Shown here: positions 57,015 to 64,000 of the stretch, one piece after another
How positions within the stretch are numbered: position 1 is the stretch's first letter
How the letters are laid out: every line of letters begins with the position of its first letter
From: an uncultured Gemmatimonadales bacterium
Lineage (GTDB): Bacteria; Gemmatimonadota; Gemmatimonadetes; Longimicrobiales; Gaopeijiaceae
Direction of reading: 5' to 3'
Assembly: GCA_963809895.1 (NCBI GenBank)
Contig: CAWELD010000003.1
Location: 32,001-96,000 of the forward strand
Length of the DNA: 64,000 bases
Made by a program: the position numbers and the translations under genes
The notes under the pieces: generated by a model
Database searches by the model: none
Told to the model about the DNA's origin: nothing
What the model saw: only the letters and a program-made list of their open reading frames with translations

Positions 57015-58361
57015 CTACTGGAGCCCGACGGCGATCCCCAGTGCGATGGACACGCCCCCGAGCACCACCAGCATGCCGTAGAGGGGGAGCGTGAAGCGCA
57101 TCCACTCCTCGTAGCGCACCCCCGCCGCCGCCAGGATCGCCATGAGCGCGCCGTTGGTGGGCGTGATCAGGTCGCAGAGCCCCGCGCCGTACTGATACGC
57201 CAGCACCGCCACCTGCCGCGACAGTCCGAGCAGGTCCGAGAGGGGAACCAGCACGGGCAGGGTGAGCACGGCCTGACCGCTCACGCTGGGCACGGGCACG
57301 TGGATCGCCGTGTGGGCGGCCATCATTCCCAGCGCCGACGCCATCAGCGGCAGGTCGGCGATGGGCGTGACCAGCCCGTGCACGACCGTGTCCACGACGC
57401 GCCCGTCCTGGAGCACCACGAAGATCGCCCGGGCGAATCCGATGAGCAGGGCGGCGAAGGCCATCTCCCGGAAGCCTTTCACATAGCCCTGGGCGATGCC
57501 GCCGATGCCCAGGCCGGCCACCGCGCCGACCACGATTCCCATGGCGAAGAAGAGCGCCGACAGGTGATCGAAATCCCACCCCTGTGCCAGAATCCCCCAG
57601 ATGAGGATGCCGAAGCAGGAGGCGACGACGCCCAGGATCACCGCATCGCTCCGGCGCAGGGCTTCCACGTCCGCGCGCACGTCGCGGGTGGCGTCGGAGG
57701 CGGTGGCTCGGGCCATGCGCATGGTGAAGCCGATCCAGATGGCGAGCGCCAGCGCCAGGAAGACCGAGCGATACACGCCGCCCGACAACAGGGGGAGCTG
57801 CGCCAGCTTCTGGGCGATACCCACCTGGAAGGGGTTGATGGGACTGAAGGCCGAGCCCACGAAAGCGGCGCCGGCGCTCATGGACACCGCGACCAGGGGC
57901 GAGTACCCCAGCCGGGTGGTCAGTACCAGGAGGACCGGGATCAGCGCGATGATCTCCTCCTGCATGTTCTCCACGATCCCCCCGGTGGCGAACGCCAACG
58001 AGATCACGGGGATCACCAGGATGCTGCGATCACCGAGCCGGTTGACCATCCAGCCCACGCCCCGCCTGAGCGCTCCCGTCTCGTCGACCACCGTGAAGGC
58101 GCCGCCCACCAGGAAGACGAGGAAGATCACGTCGGCGGCGTCGGCCATGCCCCGGGGCAGGTCCACCAGCGCCTGGAAGGGGCCCACGGGTGCGGGGTCC
58201 ACCGCGTGGTAGGTTCCCGACACCACCACCGTGCGCCCGGTGGCCTCGTCTTCGATCCGGTCGTAGCTGCCTGCCGGCAGGACCCAGCTGGCCAGGGCGG
58301 CGGCGAAGACGCAGCCGGTCAGAAGGACCAGGGGATGGGGGACCCGCAGTCTGGGTTTCAC
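57015..58361 (-). CDS. YfcC-family (C4-dicarboxylate anaerobic carrier-like) transporter
   Basis: PHPLVLL, LPAGSYDR, NPFQVGIAQ, PSVSGQA, AYQYGAG, TPTNG. Confidence 0.88.
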   Translation of the reverse strand: MKPRLRVPHPLVLLTGCVFAAALASWVLPAGSYDRIEDEATGRTVVVSGTYHAVDPAPVGPFQALVDLPRGMADAADVIFLVFLVGGAFTVVDETGALRRGVGWMVNRLGDRSILVIPVISLAFATGGIVENMQEEIIALIPVLLVLTTRLGYSPLVAVSMSAGAAFVGSAFSPINPFQVGIAQKLAQLPLLSGGVYRSVFLALALAIWIGFTMRMARATASDATRDVRADVEALRRSDAVILGVVASCFGILIWGILAQGWDFDHLSALFFAMGIVVGAVAGLGIGGIAQGYVKGFREMAFAALLIGFARAIFVVLQDGRVVDTVVHGLVTPIADLPLMASALGMMAAHTAIHVPVPSVSGQAVLTLPVLVPLSDLLGLSRQVAVLAYQYGAGLCDLITPTNGALMAILAAAGVRYEEWMRFTLPLYGMLVVLGGVSIALGIAVGLQ

Positions 58362-58406
58362 GGCGGTCTCGCGGTGGAGGGACGCCGCGGGGCCGGACGT
58401 CGAAGG

Positions 58407-58437
58407 GCCCCGTCCGGATGTGCCGGACGGGGCCCGG
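58407..58437. terminator. Strong intergenic hairpin
   Basis: GGGCCCCGTCCGG-ATGTG-CCGGACGGGGCCC. Confidence 0.55.
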
Positions 58438-58475
58438 GCCCACGCGGTGCGGTGAGGTGCTCGAAGAGCGTCGCG

Positions 58476-58907
58476 TCAGGCCATCTCGATGTCGTATCCC
58501 ACCCGCCAGTTGCTCATGTTCTCGGGATCGTCGGAGCCTTCGTCACCGGGCGCGATGCGGCCGATCCAGCTCGCGCAGTCGCCGGTGAACTCGCGCCGGT
58601 AGTCGTCCAGGTGATCGTTCTGGGAAAGGGTGTCGATCTCCTCGCCGAACAACTCGATGACCATGGAGTCCCCCACGTCACCCTCGAACAGGATCTTGTC
58701 GATCTTGTCCACGCGATTGAACCGGGGGTGGTCCGAGATCTCCCAGTGACCCTTCTCGGGGAGGCGGAGCTCCGTGGTGCGGATGCCGCTGGTCACGCGC
58801 GTCCGGAAGAAGAACTCGCCGTACTCCTTGAAGAAAGGCTCGAGCTTGTCCTTGATCTGGATCCAGCGAAGGACGACCCGGACCCGCTTCCCCTCATTGA
58901 CCCCCAT
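58476..58907 (-). CDS. Hypothetical cytoplasmic protein, possible C2-like beta-sandwich
   Basis: AGGAG SD; alternating beta pattern; IELFGEEIDTLSQNDHL. Confidence 0.7.
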   Translation of the reverse strand: MGVNEGKRVRVVLRWIQIKDKLEPFFKEYGEFFFRTRVTSGIRTTELRLPEKGHWEISDHPRFNRVDKIDKILFEGDVGDSMVIELFGEEIDTLSQNDHLDDYRREFTGDCASWIGRIAPGDEGSDDPENMSNWRVGYDIEMA

Positions 58908-58944
58908 GAATGGCTCCTGTCTGTCGGTTGATTGGGCGGCGTGA

Positions 58945-58974
58945 TTAATACCTCCTCGTCGGCGGGCCGGTCAA
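58945..58974 (-). promoter_or_regulatory. Sigma70-type promoter TTGACC-N18-TATTAA
   Basis: AT-rich element about 40 bp upstream of ATG 58907. Confidence 0.45.
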
Positions 58975-59234
58975 GTTCGCCGGTGGGCCATTGCAGCATC
59001 CTTGTGACTCGCGCGGAGCAGGGTGTAGTTTTCATCAGCGGCCTCGGGGAGCGTTTGCCCTCGGGGCCGCGGCCGCCTACGTGGGCGGCGACCGGTCCGC
59101 CCGAACCCGAGGAGGGTTCGGTGGCTGCGTAGGGAAGGCGCGCTTCCCGGCCGGTGCAGATTGTCCCCCCCGGTGCCCGGTCTTCGCGATTCGGCGTGTT
59201 CGAGTCGCGGGTTCGCGGGCGAGGTTCGACCGCC

Positions 59235-60689
59235 ATGCGGTTCCGCTTCCTTTATCTGAACGAAGCGGGAGAGGAGGTGGAGGTCGGAGGCCTGGAAGAG
59301 CTCCGGGCCTGCGTCGCCATGGGGCGGGTGGACGAGAACACCCTCCTGTACGACTCCCTCACGCGCGAGTGGGCGCCAGCACGCGCCCACTCGGCGTATC
59401 GATTGCTGGCCGAGGAGCTCTCCAACCGCTCCAAGGCGGATCGTTCGCCCCGCAAGAAGGCCTCGTCGTCGTCCGACGGCCCCGAGAGCTCGAAGCCGGC
59501 GGACCCGCTGGACGCCGACGACCTGGAGATGAGCCTGGAACCCGGTGGGGAACGCGAGACCCTTCCCGAGCTCACGCCGCTGGACGAGTCCGACATGCCG
59601 GACCCGGTCGCCCTCTTCCTGGAACGGCAGGAGCGGGAGCGCCGTCTCGAGCACGACGAGATGGGAGACGTCGCCTCCGAGCACCCGAGCTTCCACGTTG
59701 TCGAGCCAGCGGACGAGCTGGCCGACCGTCAGGCCGAGGCCATGGGTCCCCCGCCTCCGCCGCCACCCGAGAGGGAGCGGGCCGAGCCGTCTCGCCCGGG
59801 AGACGAGGTCCGACGTGACGAGCCGCGGAGGCGGGAGGAAGACGCCGCCGCCCAGGAGGTGACACCGCCCCGACTGCACATCTCCGGTGCCCCGGAGCCC
59901 ATCGTGAGGAGACCGGTGGGGCGCCGTCGACGCAGGGCGTTTGCGGTGCTCGGCGTCGTGGCGCTTTTCGTGAGCGTGTGGGCCATCGTATGGAGTGGGG
60001 GCGGCGCCGAAGCCGTGGACGGCGCGCCGGCGGTTCGCGATCCCTCCCCTCGGCCGCCTGGTGAGGTGCCCGATGTGGTGGCGGCGGCGCAGGGCTCGGC
60101 CTTCCAGGACATGGTGGTGGCCATGGACAGCCTCAGGCGAGCCTATGGGCTCGTGGGGGGGCCCGAAGGCTGGCTCGACGGCCACTACCTCGCCACGGCC
60201 TCGGCCTACCCCGCGGTGGAGGACTACTGGACCCGCTATCTGGCGTTCGTGAGCGAGCTCCGGACCCGGGACACCACCTTCTTCCGCACGGGCTTCGTCA
60301 AGCGACTCCGAGAGGACGGAATCGAGGGTCCGGTGGTATCCATGCGTCTGGCCAGCGCCATCGAGGAGTTCAGGGCCACCGAGCCGGCGCGGGACTCGCT
60401 CTATAGCGGCATGGAGGACCTGGCGTCCACCTCGCTCGCCTTGCACGCCCTGCTCCTGGAGCGCGAGGACGACGTCGAATACGATCCGGTGCAGCCCGGC
60501 ACGGTGTCCCGGGATCCGGTGGTGGAGGCGTTTCCGCGTGATCCCGCGCTCCGTGACCAGATCTGGAGCCTCCTGGACCGCATCTTCGCCGACATGGAGG
60601 TCGTACAGGGGGGCGTGCCCGGTTCCCGGGACCAGCTCACCGACGCGGCGCTCAAGGAGATTCTCCAGTCAGGCTCCCGTCGGCGGTAG
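59235..60689 (+). CDS. Bitopic membrane protein: GYF_2-like N-terminus, acidic/Pro-rich linker, TM, helical periplasmic domain
   Basis: LEELRACVAMGRVDENTLLYDSLTREWAPA; RRRRR followed by TM AFAVLGVVALFVSVWAIVW. Confidence 0.7.
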   Translation: MRFRFLYLNEAGEEVEVGGLEELRACVAMGRVDENTLLYDSLTREWAPARAHSAYRLLAEELSNRSKADRSPRKKASSSSDGPESSKPADPLDADDLEMSLEPGGERETLPELTPLDESDMPDPVALFLERQERERRLEHDEMGDVASEHPSFHVVEPADELADRQAEAMGPPPPPPPERERAEPSRPGDEVRRDEPRRREEDAAAQEVTPPRLHISGAPEPIVRRPVGRRRRRAFAVLGVVALFVSVWAIVWSGGGAEAVDGAPAVRDPSPRPPGEVPDVVAAAQGSAFQDMVVAMDSLRRAYGLVGGPEGWLDGHYLATASAYPAVEDYWTRYLAFVSELRTRDTTFFRTGFVKRLREDGIEGPVVSMRLASAIEEFRATEPARDSLYSGMEDLASTSLALHALLLEREDDVEYDPVQPGTVSRDPVVEAFPRDPALRDQIWSLLDRIFADMEVVQGGVPGSRDQLTDAALKEILQSGSRRR

Positions 60690-60701
60690 GCCCGCTGCGC
60701 C

Positions 60702-62981
60702 TCAGAAGGACCAGGCCAGTCCCAGGACCGGCAGGAGCGGCCGCTGCGCCAGCGGCCTCAGATCGGTGTCCCGCCAGGGCTCGAAGTAGTAGAAGAGGGC
60801 GTCGCGGCGATCCAGGGCGTTGAGGATCCGCAGGTACGGACGGATGCGTCCCTGACGCCCCATCCAACTCGCGTCCCACTCCCCGTAGAGCTCCAGGTCG
60901 AAACGCAGGAAGCTGTCGGGGTTTCCCGCGGCGGCCAGTCCGGGGGTCTCTTCGGTGACGGTACTCTGGTCCAACGGGTCCGAGGCCGTCCTGGATCCAT
61001 CCAGGGACACCTCGGTGAAGGGGAGCCCGTCGCTGAAGGAGAGGCGTACGTCCACGCCCCAGGGTCCGGTCACGGGACCCTGATAGCCGGCGCTCAGCAG
61101 ATGGCGGCCCGTGAACTGATCGGCGGCGCCGCCATCGTGAGCCGCCTGCCAAGACCAGCTCAGCGCGTATCCGAACCACCCCGTCCGTTCTCCCCGCACC
61201 GTTTGCAGGCGGAGGTCCACCCCCGACGAGTTGAGCTCCGACTGCACCCCCCCCACGTTCTGGAAGCGCTTCACGAAGCCGCGCAGGCCCAGGTCGACGC
61301 CCCGGGCCAGGTGCTGGTCGAGCCCCAACACCATGTGGTCCGCCGTGGCGACGGCCAGAAGCGGAGGTGCGCGCTCGGTGCCCACCTCGGTGGGGGGCGT
61401 CGGTTCAGGCACCAGGCTCCCCTCCAGGGTGTGGTCGGTGCCCCGGGTGAGCTGGTGGTAGCGGCCCCCGGTCAGGCTCAGGATCGCGTCGTCCGTGACA
61501 CTCCAGCTCAAGGACCCCCGGAGCGCCGTCCGGGTGCCGCCGGGATCGAAGTGATCCAGACGTCCTCCCAGCCGCGCAAGCAGGCCCGGCGCCATCTCGC
61601 GCTGGAGCTCTCCGTACCCTCCCACGACCGAGCCGTCGGAGCGCGTGTCGGTGCGCACCACCCCGTCGTCGGAGAGCAGCCTGGAGGCGTAGTGGAGGTC
61701 GAGGCGGTCCACGTCCAAGCCGAAGCGCACGAGGTCGTCACCCATGCGCGATTCGGCGTCCACGGCCAGTCGCTGGCGCCCGGTCTCGCCCTGGGCCAGG
61801 ACCGGGTTGGCGGGCCCCGCCGAATCGGTGCGCAGGGGGAGCTCGGCATGGTACCGCGACGCCGCGGCCGTCCAGCGGATGCGGGTGGGGCCGATGCCGT
61901 GGGTGAGCCGAGCCGAGACCATGCCGTTGCTCCAACGCGCAGCCTCGGGCACCAGCGGTGTGGCGTCGTTTCCCAGGCGCACCTCTTCCCGGTTTCCGAA
62001 CAGCGTCAGCGACAGGTCCGCGCCGCCCAGGTCGTAGGCGCCCTTCAGGAGTCCGTCCACGTACCCGTACGGCGACGGTGCGCCGTCCAGGAGTCGAGGT
62101 CCCGCGTTGTGAAGCGCCCGGCCTTCCGCCAGCACCCCACCGTTGCCCAGGGGAAGGTCCACGCCGGCGCGGGCCGAGAGGAGGTCGGCGGCACCTTCGA
62201 AACGGGTGTTCCGCCGACCCGGGCGCCGGGTTTCCAGATCCAGGATGTACGAGAGTCCGCCGTCGTAGCGTGCGGGCGCGCCACCGACGTGATGGGCGGC
62301 CCGGGCCAACAGCCCCGGATCGAAGCTGTCCATCAGGCCTGCCAGGTGGAACGGCGTGTACACGGGCGCCCCGTCCAGGAGGACGAGCTTCAGGTCCGCG
62401 GTGGACCCCCGCATGAGCAGGACGTGCGCCGGATCCGCCGGGTCGCGGCCCTCGTTCCCACCAGTGGTCGACGGATCGATCGCCGTCTCCACGAGGCCCG
62501 GGCCGATCTCCAGGATGGCGAGCTGCACGTCGGCGCCCGGGCTGGTGGCGCGCGCCACTCCCTTCGCGTCCGGCTCCGGCACCGCGAAGGGGTCGGCCGT
62601 GACCGTGAGGCCCGGAATGGGCACCGGGTCCGGCGAGAGCTCCAGGTCGAGGTCCATGCTGGCTCCCGCCGGAATCACGACTTCCACCGGTCGGCCCCGG
62701 TGTCCCAGGTAGAGGGCCCGGACCACGGCGGCACCGGGCGGGAGTCCCTCGATCCGGTACCGTCCCTGCGAATCGGTCGTGGCCGTACGAGCCATGCCCG
62801 CGGCCGCTCGCACCTCGACCAGGGCGAATCCCAACGGCCGGGGAGTCCCGTCGGCTACCGAGGTGACCCGCCCCCGGATCTCGGCGCTCGCCACCTGGGC
62901 TTCGGCGACTCCCACGCCGCAAGTGAGGGCCACCAGGCATCCCGACAGGACGTGGAGCGCGGCGGTGCGGAGCGACCTCAT
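60702..62981 (-). CDS. TonB-dependent receptor
   Basis: Signal peptide, carboxypeptidase-reg domain, plug LLDGAPVYTPFHLAG, GGAPARYDGGLS, terminal WSF. Confidence 0.85.
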   Translation of the reverse strand: MRSLRTAALHVLSGCLVALTCGVGVAEAQVASAEIRGRVTSVADGTPRPLGFALVEVRAAAGMARTATTDSQGRYRIEGLPPGAAVVRALYLGHRGRPVEVVIPAGASMDLDLELSPDPVPIPGLTVTADPFAVPEPDAKGVARATSPGADVQLAILEIGPGLVETAIDPSTTGGNEGRDPADPAHVLLMRGSTADLKLVLLDGAPVYTPFHLAGLMDSFDPGLLARAAHHVGGAPARYDGGLSYILDLETRRPGRRNTRFEGAADLLSARAGVDLPLGNGGVLAEGRALHNAGPRLLDGAPSPYGYVDGLLKGAYDLGGADLSLTLFGNREEVRLGNDATPLVPEAARWSNGMVSARLTHGIGPTRIRWTAAASRYHAELPLRTDSAGPANPVLAQGETGRQRLAVDAESRMGDDLVRFGLDVDRLDLHYASRLLSDDGVVRTDTRSDGSVVGGYGELQREMAPGLLARLGGRLDHFDPGGTRTALRGSLSWSVTDDAILSLTGGRYHQLTRGTDHTLEGSLVPEPTPPTEVGTERAPPLLAVATADHMVLGLDQHLARGVDLGLRGFVKRFQNVGGVQSELNSSGVDLRLQTVRGERTGWFGYALSWSWQAAHDGGAADQFTGRHLLSAGYQGPVTGPWGVDVRLSFSDGLPFTEVSLDGSRTASDPLDQSTVTEETPGLAAAGNPDSFLRFDLELYGEWDASWMGRQGRIRPYLRILNALDRRDALFYYFEPWRDTDLRPLAQRPLLPVLGLAWSF

Positions 62982-62987
62982 GGCGGG

Positions 62988-63755
62988 TCAGCGCGCCCGA
63001 AAGCGCAGGGCCGAATCGGGGGTTCGGAGATCGCCCACCGCGTCGGCGGGCGACTCGGCGACACGCCCCTCGACGATGGTGAGGACGACGCGGCCGTTGA
63101 TGCGCAACGAGCTCGAGGTGGATGAGGCCGGGAGCTCGATTCGCACGGGGCCCGCCGGGGCCCTGGCCTCGAGGCGGCCGGCTCCCGACGTGAAACCGGT
63201 GCCCTCGGGGCCGAACACCCCCGCCCGGGTGCCTCGCCGTCGGACCACGATCTCCGATTCGGGGGGCACGGTGAGCACCACGGCGACGGCCCCCGCTTCG
63301 GGGTCGGCCATGGCGCCCAGCTCGACCGGCTGCGCGCCCACCTCCGCCTCGGCGGTGGCGGCGGGCACGGAGTTCGCATCGCCGAAGATCCAGCTGCGCA
63401 CGGGCGACCCCGGGATCACGGCGGCCGCGGCGCCCCCGGCGAGCAACAGGACCAGGCCGGCGGCGCGAGCGAGGGGCCAGCGCAGGACGGACGGGCCGGT
63501 GTGGCGCCCGAGGTCGGCACCCGCCAGGGGTGCGAGCCTCGACCGGACCTCGGCCCAGGCGGCGTCGGTGGGCGCCGGCACGTCCAGAGCGCTCAGGGCC
63601 GTGGATACGGCGCCAGCTCGTGAGCGTGCGCCCTCGAGCCTTCGGCGGCAGTCCAGGCACTCGCCGAGATGCTCGCTCAGCGACGCCCGTTCGTCGACGG
63701 GCAGCTCCCCGTCCAGAAAGGCCAGCAGCTGTCCGGCCGCGGCATGTCCAGTCAC
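62988..63755 (-). CDS. zf-HC2 (ZAS) anti-sigma factor
   Basis: H...LLAFLDGEL...HLGECLDC, followed by one TM and a periplasmic domain. Confidence 0.85.
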   Translation of the reverse strand: MTGHAAAGQLLAFLDGELPVDERASLSEHLGECLDCRRRLEGARSRAGAVSTALSALDVPAPTDAAWAEVRSRLAPLAGADLGRHTGPSVLRWPLARAAGLVLLLAGGAAAAVIPGSPVRSWIFGDANSVPAATAEAEVGAQPVELGAMADPEAGAVAVVLTVPPESEIVVRRRGTRAGVFGPEGTGFTSGAGRLEARAPAGPVRIELPASSTSSSLRINGRVVLTIVEGRVAESPADAVGDLRTPDSALRFRAR

Positions 63756-64000
63756 GTCGTTCCCTCCTGGGGCGGACCCTCCGGCCCGCCGTTGTCGTCC
63801 GGGTGATAGACGTCGACGAATCGTTGCTGCGCCCGAGCGAGCAGGGTTCCGATGGAGGTCGTCTTCACCTCCACGGCCTCGGCGATCTCCGCATAGCTGA
63901 ACCCCTCTTCTCGCATGAGGAGCAGCGTGCGGTCCCGCTCGCTCAGGGTCCCCAGTGCCTCCCGCACCCTCGCGATGGTGCGCTGCCGCTCCAGCTCCCG
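63752..64000 (-). CDS. ECF sigma factor, C-terminal region 4 (5' end outside window)
   Basis: LSERDRTLLLMREEGFSYAEIAEAV...GTLLARA; ATGA overlap with anti-sigma. Confidence 0.88.
   Translation of the reverse strand, partial: RELERQRTIARVREALGTLSERDRTLLLMREEGFSYAEIAEAVEVKTTSIGTLLARAQQRFVDVYHPDDNGGPEGPPQEGTT

Overview
Very GC-rich bacterial chromosome segment with about 43 CDSs and no rRNA, tRNA, CRISPR array or recognisable transposase/integrase. Gene content (SusC/SusD pair, PadR plus ADOP permease, VPS10/BNR propellers, plug-only TonB protein, many exported peptidases) suggests Gemmatimonadota; this is inference. Content in order: frameshifted Ig-like gene; coupled operon of plug-only TonB protein, two paralogous 4-TM proteins and an Ig/M8 metalloprotease; DUF222-HNH gene preceded by a 163-bp structured element; PQQ dehydrogenase, cytochrome c, HupE/UreJ and two PAL-like NHL proteins; trpB2; exported hydrolases; sulfotransferase-flippase-sulfotransferase module; two S9 peptidases; XRE-like regulator; M20; YncE-phosphoesterase; CHAD; DUF4403; PadR-ADOP; susCD with a structured leader; radical SAM; YfcC; and an ECF sigma/anti-sigma/TonB receptor operon. 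Several single-base frameshifts look like long-read assembly indels. Best leads: (1) the structured element upstream of DUF222-HNH, which carries a 19/20 copy of a site inside the gene; (2) the multibranch susC 5' leader with an SD-sequestering hairpin; (3) the HupE/PAL-like/PQQ/cytochrome module; (4) the uncharacterised 4-gene envelope operon. All calls are by eye from motifs; no searches or folding programs were run.
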